From Mytilus trossulus (taxonomy: Eukaryota): a stretch of 64,000 nt of DNA. Below, piece after piece: positions 12,772 to 24,250 of the stretch. The position numbers and the translations under genes were made by a program. The notes under the pieces are model-generated. The model was not told where the DNA came from. It did not search any database and saw only the letters and a program-made list of their open reading frames with translations. Within the stretch, counting starts at the first letter, position 1, and each line of letters starts with the position of its first letter. The stretch is taken from the NCBI RefSeq assembly GCF_036588685.1, contig NC_086378.1, positions 61,566,001 to 61,630,000 of the forward strand, read 5' to 3'.

Positions 12772-15648
12772 TTATTCTCTATTAACAACAATAATAATCT
12801 TCCCATCTGTTCCCGATTCTACATGAGCATTTGAAAATAACCTATTTAACCAATCAGCGTCTACAATAGTTTCTTCTGTTGTTATTTCTTCACCTCCTAA
12901 AATGCTTTCTTCAACATTTACTACCTCAGCAATTATTGTTTCCTCTTCTTTGGAGACAGGAATGTTCTCTGCTGAGATATGTTCCTGCTCATGCTCTTCT
13001 GTTATTACCTCAGCTATCATGTCTCCTTCATGCTCAACAGCATGAGCATCTAGTTTGGTTTGACTCGTAAAAACTTGACGACAGATGCTACAAATATACA
13101 AGCAGCTAAACTCCCTTTTATCCATTAATTCATCCAGGCTTTCAACAGTCTTGACATTAGGCATTACTTGCTTGGTGTAGTACACGTTTGGCTTAATTTG
13201 GCAAGCATTCAGCTTCCTGTGGCGCTGGAGCGAATTTAGTCTTGGGAAACACTTCTGACATAAATCACACTGATAAGGCATATCACCAGTATGCATGCGC
13301 ATGTGATCATTAAGAGCCTTTTGAGTGGCAAACATTTTAGAGCATTGATCACATGGTATAGATTTGACTTGCTCATGTCTTGCTAAGTGACGTGTCAAAT
13401 AGTACAGCAAAGCAAAGGATTTCCCACAAAATGTGCATTCATGCTTTTTAATTGATGAATGGATCTCTTCATGGATCTTCATGTATCCTTCTTGAGCAAA
13501 TCCTTTTCCACATGTACTACATACAAATGGCTTTTCCTTAGTGTGTGTTCTCTCATGGATACGTAGTAAGCATGGCTTAGTGAATTTCTTGTCACAATAA
13601 CTACAATGATGTCTGGGTTTGGCTAAGCCTTCGGCTGTGTGATTTTCTTTGATGTGACGAGACAGGTATATGTCACGGGAGTATTTCTTACCACATGTTT
13701 TGCATTCATGATTTCTTGATGTTGCAGGATCAGTGTGGGTCAGAATATGGCGCTGCAAATTAATTTTCTGATGAAAATTTCTTCCGCATGTTTCACAGAC
13801 AAACTTTTTGGGATTTGAGTGAAGTCTTTCATGAGCATTTAGGTATTTAACTGAAGAATAACATTTTCCACACTGCAAACATTTAAAAGGCTTCAATCCA
13901 ATATTTTCTCGCTGTTTCTTCCCAGGTTTTGGAATAGGTGTATTCTGATGGCGCTGCACATGTATCTTCAAGTAGCATTTCAAAGCAAATTTTTTGTGGC
14001 AAACATGACACTCATAATCTTTTGTCTTAGTATGAAGAAATTCATGGTTTATCCTGTTCATTCGTTGCGAGAACTTCTTCCCACAAATTCTGCATTCATA
14101 ACACTTTCCTTTAACATGACGTTCCATATGTTTCTGGAGGTAGAGACGTTTGGAGAATACTTTTCCACATTGACTACAAAGGTGGTGTTCAGGTTCTGGA
14201 AATATTCCCATCTTCTCATTTCTTTCTTTTTCATGTAACATTTTATGTCTGACTAAATAAGAGCTAAGGGCAAAGGCTTTACCGCATTCATCACAAATCT
14301 TGGCTTTCACTCCAGAATGTAATACTCTATGTTTTTCCATGTTGGATTTAGAGACAAATCCTTTGCCACATACATCACAAGGAAAAGGTCTTTCTCCAGT
14401 ATGTTTGACCTGGTGTCGGAGCAAGTGACTGGGTTTTGTGAAGACCTTTTGACAATCCTTACAAGGGTAAGTCCTTCCAACTTTTTTACGTCCTCTTTTA
14501 ACTGCAGGCTTTATTATTTCTATATCTTCATCCCTATCATTGGGTTTATAATCTTCATCTAGGTCATCATCATCTTCAGATTCTTCATTATAAACTGCTT
14601 TTGTTGCTGGAGTATTTACTTCCCCTACATGTACTGCTTCAGAAGTTATATCCATATCTTCCGGTGTCTCTGGGTGGTCTTCTTCTGTTATTGATTCAGT
14701 TACTCCTTCTTCAATGGTCACTGGACCTACTGTTTCTCCTGGTTCCAAGTCACTCACCTCCACCTTACAAATCTTAGCTGGCTTATTTAATCCAACTTTA
14801 GTACTGACTGAAGGCTTTGAGATCTCATTATAAACAGCCAGTTCCACTTCCATTTTTACATTTGACATATTCGGCATAATCTGCTCTTCCATGTCTTCAT
14901 AATCTATTGGTTCCTGTTTTATACTAGCTTCTAATATAATACTATTATCATTAGATGGAGACCATGCTCTTTTCTCCCTTCTGTTTCTTCTCGGTCTTCC
15001 TCTTTCATCAGTATCAGTCTGACTGTCAGAAATGGAATCTTCAGTCTGTTCATGTATTTTCTTTTGAACAGATTTTTTGTTCTTCACTGACCCAGTTGTT
15101 TGCTTGGCGCCTTTCTTTTCAATGCTTGTATTTATCTTTCTCTCAGCAAACAATTTTTTCCTTGCCTCCTTCATATCGGTAGGGACATTATTTACAGGCT
15201 TAAGCTTGCTTGCTTTATTTTCACTGCTTTCCACATTTGTGGCAACACTTTTCCTCGGTCTTCCCCTTTTTCTCTGTCCATCCCCTCCAGCAGACATCTC
15301 TGATTTGTTCTCTTTCGTTTTATCCACTTCATCACTACCTTCATTTTTCTCTACATTTACTTTCGAACCTTTTTTGCTCTTTTTCTCTTCACTTTCAATG
15401 ACATCTATAGACTTTCCAGCACTTCTTTGTGGTCTTCTACCAGGGAGAGATTTTGGCGATTGTACATCTTTAGTTTCAAGTTTAGTGTCTGTCTTGTTTG
15501 ATAACATTTGCAAATCATGCTGTGTTTTTAAATGTTTTGACAGAATTGCTGGTAAAGAAAATATTTTCTTACAAACAGGACATGCATGTTTATCTATTTT
15601 GGAGGATCTTCTGGTGTACTTTAGCAGATAAGAATTCTGTACAGACAT
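12772..15648 (-). CDS. C2H2 zinc-finger protein with AT-hooks (958 aa, ~16 fingers), CDS in a single exon
   Basis: One N-terminal finger, AT-hooks KRGRPRK and RGRPRR, SUMO-consensus IKQE/VKME, acidic region, 14 clustered fingers (TGERP/TKEKP/TGDMP linkers, last one C2HC) and one C-terminal finger. Strong acceptor TTTTTTTTATATTTGCAG ends at 15687, with an in-frame TAA 21 nt before the ATG. AATAAA at ~11275-11280. Confidence 0.95.
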   Translation of the reverse strand: MSVQNSYLLKYTRRSSKIDKHACPVCKKIFSLPAILSKHLKTQHDLQMLSNKTDTKLETKDVQSPKSLPGRRPQRSAGKSIDVIESEEKKSKKGSKVNVEKNEGSDEVDKTKENKSEMSAGGDGQRKRGRPRKSVATNVESSENKASKLKPVNNVPTDMKEARKKLFAERKINTSIEKKGAKQTTGSVKNKKSVQKKIHEQTEDSISDSQTDTDERGRPRRNRREKRAWSPSNDNSIILEASIKQEPIDYEDMEEQIMPNMSNVKMEVELAVYNEISKPSVSTKVGLNKPAKICKVEVSDLEPGETVGPVTIEEGVTESITEEDHPETPEDMDITSEAVHVGEVNTPATKAVYNEESEDDDDLDEDYKPNDRDEDIEIIKPAVKRGRKKVGRTYPCKDCQKVFTKPSHLLRHQVKHTGERPFPCDVCGKGFVSKSNMEKHRVLHSGVKAKICDECGKAFALSSYLVRHKMLHEKERNEKMGIFPEPEHHLCSQCGKVFSKRLYLQKHMERHVKGKCYECRICGKKFSQRMNRINHEFLHTKTKDYECHVCHKKFALKCYLKIHVQRHQNTPIPKPGKKQRENIGLKPFKCLQCGKCYSSVKYLNAHERLHSNPKKFVCETCGRNFHQKINLQRHILTHTDPATSRNHECKTCGKKYSRDIYLSRHIKENHTAEGLAKPRHHCSYCDKKFTKPCLLRIHERTHTKEKPFVCSTCGKGFAQEGYMKIHEEIHSSIKKHECTFCGKSFALLYYLTRHLARHEQVKSIPCDQCSKMFATQKALNDHMRMHTGDMPYQCDLCQKCFPRLNSLQRHRKLNACQIKPNVYYTKQVMPNVKTVESLDELMDKREFSCLYICSICRQVFTSQTKLDAHAVEHEGDMIAEVITEEHEQEHISAENIPVSKEEETIIAEVVNVEESILGGEEITTEETIVDADWLNRLFSNAHVESGTDGKIIIVVNRE

Positions 15649-18600
15649 TATGGCTTCTTTTAAGCATTAAAAGGAACCTTTTCTCTCTGCAAATATAAAA
15701 AAAAAATAACAGTTAAAGCATGAAACAGAATCGAAAATTTTGTTCAAGTTTAGATGGTTGTTTTTCTGAAATTGTTCAGTGTACGCTCAATTGTGTTGAT
15801 ATGTCTTTTGATTGAGTTAAGCCATTTCAATTGATATTATATAGTGTGTATTTCCAGCGATTTCTATGTTGTATACATAAAAATATACAGCATGTACAGT
15901 GTATTCCATTTTCTGGCTACATGTATGTTTCATGGCCAGAATAAGCACATACAATTTCTCAAACTAATTAGGTGTCAATACATTACTTGTAAATTTCAAT
16001 TGAAGCTGTGAAAATAAGTATTGATCTCTCAAATAATATTCAAAATGGTTTTTTTTATTTGTCCAAAACATTATATATATCATTTAAACAGTGTTCTCCC
16101 CAGGCCGTTTTAGCGCCACGATTTTCAGCGCTATCTCAATTTCCCGCTGTCCTTTTGCACTGACCACGTCGCTATATTTTTTTCCCGTATTTTTTCAAAT
16201 TTCCCGCTTATTTTTCTCTTCGGATCACGTGATTGACTGGTTTACGATTTTTTTAAAAATTATTTCCTTGTATTAAAGTAACTCCGCGGGACCAGTCTAA
16301 TAAATAAGTATTGATCTCTCAAATAATATTCAAAATGTTTTTTTTTATTTGTCCAAAACATTATATATCATGATTAAATTACCAGCCTTTTAACATGTTT
16401 AATCTATTCTTTGATCAATTTCTATTTCAATCCTATTCTTTTAACAATAAAAATAATTTTGGTCATGTTTGACTTACTTGTAGATCTCACTTTGCTAAGA
16501 ATTATTGTTTTATACAGTTTAAAAAAATGTATCTCTATCTATAGTAATATTCAAGATAATAACAAAAACTGCAAAATGTCCTTAAAATTACCAATTTAGG
16601 GGCAGCAACCCATGAAGGGGGTTGTCTGATTCATTTGAAAATTTCCAGACTGATAGATCATGACCTGATAAACAATTTTACCTCATGTCAGATTTGTTCT
16701 AAATGCTTTGATTTCAGAGATGCAAGCCAAAATGTAGATTTTACCCCTATGTTCTATTTTTTTGCCATGGTTGTCATCTTGGTAAGCAGACCAGTCATCA
16801 GACAAATATTTTTAACTACATACAGCAATGATGATTGTGTCAAAGTTTGGTTAAACTTGGTTTAGTAGTTTCAGAGAAGATTTTTGTAAAAGTTAATGAA
16901 CGACGACAGACACCAAGTGATGAGAAAAGCTCACTTCAATGGCCCTTTTGGGCAAGATGAGCTTAAAATAGAATTTGATCTATTTTTGTTCAAACTTTAA
17001 TCAAAGAGAAGTAGTGAAATAATAATTCTCTCTAAGTAGTCAGTATGGTACAAATTTGTCAAAATAAGCTATTGATAAAATAAACATTGATGATGAATTG
17101 TTATGCTTCAGTGCTTTCCTATATAACTTTAAGCAACCAAATTTTTCACACGAAAAGGGGGCCCGTGCAGCCCTGGATCCACCTATGCCTAAAGATATGT
17201 GTATGGGTTAAACAAATTATTTTCTTTTAAAACAAAGTGTATACAGTATTTATAGCCCCTTTTCTTTTTTAAATGTTTCGTATTAAAAGTTAGCTATTCA
17301 GTGATATGATATGAGCCACTCCAGGCAGGACACAGTATACGTAATTATTTTCTTTTGATTTTTTCTCGACAAATAGTGTGAACAGTACAACTTTTTTAAT
17401 CACACACCTTCAAATATATTTATTTATATTTTAAGAGTAAGATAGTATTTAGGTAGGGGAATGAAATCTCACATTAAAAAAATTGGGGTGATGTATTGGT
17501 ATTTAAAGGATTGATTTGGCCCTGTCCAAGTTCAAAAATGTCAAAAACTAGTATGAGGGGGGCAGAACCTTTTTTCTGGTGTTTTTTTCGGGATTGATCC
17601 TGTCAGGATCTGGGATTTCTATTTTCAAATTTTAGAATGTTGGGATTTAATTTTTTGAATTCAGGGCCTTGCATGGGATTTTATGCTTTTAAGCCCAGGA
17701 TTTCAGGATCAGAAAAAATGATTTTTCACCACTTTATTTTAAACAGAGAATTGTCATTTATATTTTGAATGAGAACTGACAGACTTTTTTTTTTTAAATT
17801 ACAATGTATTTCAAGTTTTGGCATAATTTGTCCTAAAAGTAGTACAAGTTAAGTCAACTCAATGTAAAACTCAATATGAGATAGCCCAGGGGCAAATTTA
17901 AATTTGAATTTATATTGTTTTAAAGAAATTCACACAAGAAATTAACTGCAGTGTAATTCCTTGTAATTTGGACATGGAAAAATATAATCCAATATTTATA
18001 ATGTATTTGTAGACAATGGTAGACAAATGGTAGATGTCACAACAAAAATATACAATACAAAGATGTACATTAACCTTACAACATGTTCATATCTTCCTAA
18101 ATATTTAGATAAAAATTAAACATTCACATGTATTCACCCATACCTGCCAACTATCACTATTTGCAGGGGTTTCCCCCATGGAGGCTCCTAATTGGAAATA
18201 GTTAGGGGTAACATGAATGACCGAATAACACCTTTTGATATTATCCATTAACACTTGTATAAACATGATAAATGACCGAATAACACTTAAAATTTTAATA
18301 TTAGCACATTTTGGTGACTTTTAAATATTGATTATTAAATAATAGTATATTATAAGTGTAGTTGATAACTTAAAAAGAATGTGTCCCTAGTACAAAGATG
18401 CCCCATCTGCATTATCATTTACTATGTTCAATGGAGCGAGAAAATTGGGTAAAAACTCTAATTTGGCATTGACATTAAAAAGATCATATCATAGCTTAGG
18501 GAACATGTGAACTAAGTTTCAAGTTAATCATTGTTAATTGGACTTTCACTTCATCAAAAACTACATCTACAGACAACTTTAACCTGAAGCGGGACAGATG

Positions 18601-18839
18601 AATGGATGGACAGACCCACACATCATAAAACATAATGCTCATAAATGAGCCATAAAAATGATTTACAGCAAGCAGATAAGTTCTAAAAGATTGTTATAAA
18701 TATAGTCAATAAGTGTAAATTGTACATCCATGGCATGGCTACCATGTCACATGGTTTATATATGCATTATCCTTGGTCACCATGTAACAATGATGTTGGA
18801 TGTAAACACTACATGTATATTTATAACAATCTTTGTGAA

Positions 18840-20792
18840 ATAACTAGTCAAATAATTATGATGTCTGACAAGGCTATTTTTATAATTTTAATTTTTTTCT
18901 GGGACGCCTTCCTGCGACTAACTAGTCCAAATAATTATGACGTCTGGCAAGGCTATTTTTTTTCTGGGATGCCATCCTACGACTATCTAGTCCAAATAAC
19001 TATGACGTCTGGCAAGGCTATTTAATTTTTTTTCTGGGACGCCTTCCTACGAAAATCACGCGCTTACCACAGCGTCAGGGGCGGATACAGGATTTGACGT
19101 TAGGGGGGGGGCAGAATAAAATCTCGCCGAGCGGAGCGAGGCGAAAAAAAATTTTTGAGGTTAAAATGATCAAAGTTATCATGGTTATTGAAATATTCTT
19201 CTACAGTGGGTGCAATGTAGATAAATATCTTGCCAAGCGAAGTGTGGCGAGAAACATTTGGGGTAAAATGAGCGAGGAATTAAAGTTTCAATCTAAAACT
19301 GCATAATTTAAATGACAATCTACATTAACCATATTTAACCAAAAATCTATTAGTTTCTGTTCATTGACTTCCTCTATATATTTACCAGAAAACGGGACTG
19401 AACAAAAGTAGAATAGAAACAATTCTGAGTACACAAACTGATTTTCCATATAAAAAAAGTGAGACGAAGCAAATGACGATAGCTCATCTGACCAATATAA
19501 GATATTGAAAACGAAAATTATTACTGGTACAATTTATTTGTCAACTAATAATACGTGTTTTTATTTTTGTTCTATTTTCGGAGGTCGAGCTAGACCTTTT
19601 ACATACTGTAAAACAAAACAAAATGGCCGCTAACCACTATTAAAAATCAAACTGAGATCCTTAAAAAATCATTGTGCTTATTTTCTTGGGATCCCGTGTA
19701 ATACAGTAGTACCTACGGGTTTGGGCGTTGACCATTTATGCATGCTTCGGCAAAATTAACATGTTGCAAGTGAGAATCATATATTGTCACAGACATATTA
19801 AATAATGAGTCAAATTAACAAACTAACCTCTCGCTTGAACCATAATCTTTATCTTTCCTTAAGAAAGAAACTAACTTAGACTGCTTTCTTGGTCGTGCCA
19901 TGATGAAATAACCAACCGGTTACCCAAATAGCGGGTAGGGCACTTCCACCTTCTTCGTGGGAAAGTGATGTAGGGATGTTTTTGAACTTCGATTATCAAA
20001 GAAATTGTTTATTAAAACTGCAACTACAATGTCACAATTGCTTTATTCTAACTGCTAAAAGCCTATGATATGTGTCATCAAACGCAGTACCGCGTTTGAC
20101 ACCTTCCTTTGAAGTGTAACATGTTTATAGAACTTAAATAAACAAAAGGTCAGTTGATTAGTAATCACGTTAAATGGTTCTGTTAAATTACTGTTTTATA
20201 TAGTAATACTTGTTTGAATGTTAAAACAGATTGAATGCAACGACATTAGCTTTCGTCGGATACTTTATTACGTCCGGACAACCTATGCTTTGCAAATTTT
20301 AGGGGGGGCGCACGCCCGCCACGCCCCCGCCTAAATCCGCCCCTGAGCGTTATCCAAAAATCCTGGGGAGAACACTGGCCCGGAGGCCTTTCTACACTAA
20401 CTAGTCCAGACGGCTGGCAAGGCTATTTTTTCTGGGACGACACCTTTCTACAACTAACTAGTACAAATAATTATGACGTCTGTCAAGGCTATTTTTTTTC
20501 TGGGATGCCTTCCTAGGACTAACTAGTCCAAATAATGATGACATCTGGCAAGGCTATTTTATTTTGTTTCTGGGACGCCTTCCTAGGACTAACTAGTCCA
20601 AATAATTATGACATCTGGCAAGGCTATTTTAATTTTTTTCTGGGACGCCTTTCTATCATGTCTATGACTAAATAGTACAAATAATTTTAAATGTCTGGCA
20701 AGGCTATTCTAATTTTTCTGGGACACTTTTTTTGTCATCCCAGAAAAATAAAAATAAAATAGCCTTGCCAGACGTCATAATTATTTGGACTA
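18840..20792. repeat. ~60-70-bp minisatellite array interrupted by transposon insertions, last copy inverted
   Basis: Unit ACTAGTCCAAATAATTATGACGTCTGGCAAGGCTATTTT..TTCTGGGACGCCTTCCTA at ~18843-19050 and ~20395-20725. Reverse-complement copy at ~20738-20792. Confidence 0.85.
19076..20345 (-). mobile_element. Non-autonomous hAT-type element (1270 bp) with 5-bp TSD AGCGT, retaining a probable transposase first exon
   Basis: Ends CAGGGGCGGATACAGG / CCTAAATCCGCCCCTG. AGCGT at 19071-19075 and 20346-20350. Internal exon-like 19901..19828 (-) encodes MARPRKQSKLVSFLRKDKDYGSSE followed by AG|GTTAGT. Confidence 0.85.
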
Positions 20793-21183
20793 AGAACTAA
20801 CCTGCTTTTTCCATATATGACATTGAAAAACAAATCAAAATACCAGTTGTTATACATTTTAAATCATTTATTTACATTTCAAGATAGACTTTTAAAATCA
20901 TAATTTTTAATGTTATAAGAGTAACAAGGAACTAGACACGAATACAGTTATGTACATTCTTGATGTAAAGTTAATATTTCCCATTTGAGTTCTTAGGTAC
21001 TTATCCTTATTTAAAAGTGTAATCACTGGTTTTTGGTCATGCACCGAGTCGTTGATGACCCAAAGAGGAAGAACCGAAGAAATTGTTAGGAACTTCTTGT
21101 CAATAATATAAACGCTGCTTTTTGTGTAGTTAATGCATTAAAAAGTGCTAAAATATCAAAAGCTATATAACATTTTCTATTAC

Positions 21184-21254
21184 AGCCAACGGAAAGTTGA
21201 TTTGTAGTTTGTAAAATTAATGGTTTTTTGACGTCTCATGCCAAACGCCGCCAT
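21184..21254 (-). other. Candidate first exon of the zinc-finger gene (ATGGCGGCG start, donor CT|GTAATA)
   Basis: Locally CpG-rich segment with ATGGCGGC (YY1-like motif common at housekeeping 5' ends), followed by a GT donor, on the same strand upstream of the 15687 acceptor. Confidence 0.5.
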
Positions 21255-21740
21255 GACAGAGACAAATGGACAATGACCGACGCGCCCAAATTGTTTATTT
21301 ACAGCAACTGTTTTGTCTGTTCTTTTACATATGTAGTCATACCAATATTGTTTAAATAAAATAATCAACTAACAGAATCATTAAAATTACCATAAATGAA
21401 ACCTGTATAATGAGTTGAGTATTTTCTTTGACGACATTAACTGCGTCCTTCCCAAAATCAAAACGAGGTAAGATCATCTGTGCGTTTGAATCAATCGAGT
21501 TACTTTTCCTTGACTTCTTCCCGCGAAAATTTAAAAGTGCATGAACTGATTTTTGTCTTTTAAAGGACAAATAAAACGTTATTTATTTCTTTGGTAGAAT
21601 TGATCTTCAATAATTGAAGGTCTTAGTAAAAGACCATTTGATAATAATGGGGTTTGGTTGAGAGGGGAGGAACAACCGACTCTTTACGGATTACCCATGT
21701 TCACGAGGCGGATTTTCTTTAGCTCTGACTAACTTTCAAA

Positions 21741-22116
21741 CACAGGTGCTTGAGGACAGGATCCTGTATGAGCCCCATATAGTCCCTCCCCCTTTTTTTA
21801 TCTTTTTTTTTTATCATAAATCTCAGATTTCTCGATATATATCACTTATTTGTACCATATATATACTAATATACCATATTTATACTCTAAATTATGAATG
21901 TTTACTATCAACGTGAATCTCGACTATAGAGATAGTCGAGATGCACGTTGATAGTAAACATGCATATTTAGAGTATAAATATGGTATATTAGTATATATA
22001 TGGTACAAATAAGTGATATATATCGAGAAATCTGAGATTTATAATAAAAAAAAATAAAAAAAAAGGGGGAGGGACTATATGGGGCTCATACAGGATCCTG
22101 TCCTCAAGCACCTGTG
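21741..22116. mobile_element. Foldback MITE, 376-bp near-perfect palindrome with 8-bp TSD CTTTCAAA
   Basis: CACAGGTGCTTGAGGACAGGATCCTG... mirrored to ...CAGGATCCTGTCCTCAAGCACCTGTG, arms ~185 bp. CTTTCAAA at 21733-21740 and 22117-22124. Confidence 0.95.
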
Positions 22117-23559
22117 CTTTCAAAGGCATATTTCCACACTAAGTCACAAATTTGACTTTAACTGATTCAAAACTTAGCAGTAAAAGTTAAAATTGTGAAT
22201 ATTAATTCTGAACTCCAAATTTTTCATCGGTAACAAGTTATCAAGAATTTTATAATCATTTTGAGTCTGTCGTCAGAACAAAGAAAACACATCGACTCCG
22301 AGAAACAATCCAAGTGTTATTTAAATTGGAGTTTGCAACTTTTTCTATTGACAGTTTCGTCCTCTCGGGGGGGGGGGGGGGGGGGGGGGGTCTTCAACTC
22401 AATATTTGAAATGATAGGCCGGTGCCGCTTGGTTTTCCATAAAATGCGATGTAGAAATGTTACCTTTTCCAATAGTGTTTGGGTCTCGTTTGTTGTGAAA
22501 TGTAACACAATGGAATGGAATACCAAGGTGCCAAAAGAGAGAAAATAGGTTGATGAAACACAGCCGGGAACACCAAGAAAGATGGCAGACGAAGTTATGG
22601 AAACTTTATTAACCTTATCATACATTGCTGATTGTTTTCCGAACCAATAATATTCACATATTTTCAAGCTTGAAAAGGTGACCTATTCCAGCGATATTTT
22701 GTATGCTGACATATTCTTATCGCTATCAACATGGAGCTTGACAAGACCGCACACGTTGACAATCTCTCACCACTCATGCATAACTTCTCAGTTTGCCGAG
22801 TTTTCAGACGGCTCAGGGCAGAAAAGGGAAGGTTCAATTTCCAGCAAACACTCGTCACTAGGAGAGTTAATAAGAGCAAAAGATTACGTCTAGCGTTTGG
22901 GTAAAAATTCCTAAAGTGCTTATATAACAGGTTGTTAAAGGGCATTGGGAAATACTTTCTATATATGTTTCTTTAATTTGTTTTTAAATAGTTAAATCGA
23001 GTTCCATATATATATATAAGGCTCGGCCGGACCTAAACGGGTCCAAGTGAAAATCGAACGGGACCTCTATTTTGTCATTTGTATCAACATATTAAAATTA
23101 TAAAACCAATGATTTAAAGATGACAGCCATTGACAACATTTTATCAAAATTTCCCACAAAAAAAGGGGGTGTGGGCCCATCCCACCCCTGGATCGGCCTA
23201 TGGATTTTCTTTTTGCAGAGTTAAGAGTACCAGAGTTCTTTATTTTATAAGTGGAATGTGTGGCCAAATGAGACAAAAATCCAACATCATAAAAGACAAC
23301 TGACCGACGTAAATGGTAGTGCTGAACTTAAAGTGCGATGTGAACCTTTACTCTTGGGGAAAGCCCCACTTTGACTTTGCGATGAACAACACCATATTCT
23401 TTAGTTATGTCAAGTTGGGGTTTTGTCAAATTCGTGTTCTGATCTTCTGTAATAAATTAACATATTGCTGTATATCTTTTTTTCCATTATCTACATGTCA
23501 ACAGTTCAATAATAGCTGACTGGATGTATAAACAAAAACATATAAAACAAAACACGACT

Positions 23560-23882
23560 AACCCCGGCGCATTTTTGCGCCTGTCCCAAGTCAGGAGCCT
23601 CTGGCCTTTGTTAGTATGGCATGTTTTCTTATTTTAGCTCATTTTTATGTTTTGAAGTTTAATATATGTGACGTCAATTTTCTCTGAACTAGTTTACAAT
23701 TATATTTAGGAACCAGCTGAGGACCACCTCTGGGTGCGTGATTTTCTCGCTGCGTTGACTTTGTTAGGGTTGTTGTCTGTTTGACATATTCCCAATTTCC
23801 ATTCTGAATTTTATTTTAACCGAATCTTTGGTTGGGTTTGTTGTCCCTTTGGAACATTTCTAATTTCCATTCTCAATTCTTT
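23560..23882 (+). repeat. Dispersed copy of the Penelope-like 3' UTR repeat (also ~5470-5538, ~28190-28322, ~33605-33820)
   Basis: GCGCCTGTCCCAAGTCAGGAGCCTCTGGCCTTTGTTAGT..CCATTCTCAATT is the reverse complement of ~3720-4000. Confidence 0.8.
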
Positions 23883-23894
23883 TCTTGTTTATTA

Positions 23895-24250
23895 TATATA
23901 TAGCAGTAGATGATGGTTATGATGAATGGCTGCATAACGTCCAGCGGGAAGTTGATATACATCCTGACACGAAAAGGACATGTTATCGTAATATGAATTA
24001 CTGCTAACCAGATATTTAACGCGCTTGTTCACAGGGTAATAGTCCACAGGAAGGCATGTCACTTTACCAGAACACATTCGGACTCGGCCAAGTCAACCAG
24101 AGTTTGCTCTTACTCCTATATAGATGCCGCGTGCTTAGCGGACCAGCATCACATACCAACTATAAAATCGTGGGCTGGATCTGGCCGAGGTTCGAACCAT
24201 CGACATCCGGCATTGCATGGAGGCGAAACACTACAACACTACTGAGGTGG
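23895..24250 (-). mobile_element. tRNA-derived SINE, probably MetaSINE/RUDI-type
   Basis: Minus strand has a tRNA-like head with B box GGTTCGAACC, then GGTATGTGATGCTGGTCCGCTAAGCACGCGGCAT..GGAGTAAGAGCAAA..TGGTTG, which resembles the Meta central domain as I recall it. Confidence 0.65.

Noticed and set aside
12879-15698. Plus-strand ORFs antisense to the ZNF CDS (and minus-strand ORFs within the transposase)
   Set aside because: Shadow frames of real coding sequence, with no independent motifs.
18840-20792. Regular repeats superficially like a CRISPR array
   Set aside because: Units are head-to-tail with no unique spacers, there are no cas genes, and the context is eukaryotic. It is a minisatellite.
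21741-21760. CACAGGTG end as a Transib/ProtoRAG RSS-like TIR near Ig-domain genes
   Set aside because: Not the CACAGTG heptamer, no nonamer seen, and the TSD is 8 bp rather than 5 bp. No RSS flank the Ig exons.
22261-22945. Overlapping short ORFs around a poly-G tract
   Set aside because: No recognisable domain or consistent splice structure. Possibly decayed transposon sequence, but unsupported.
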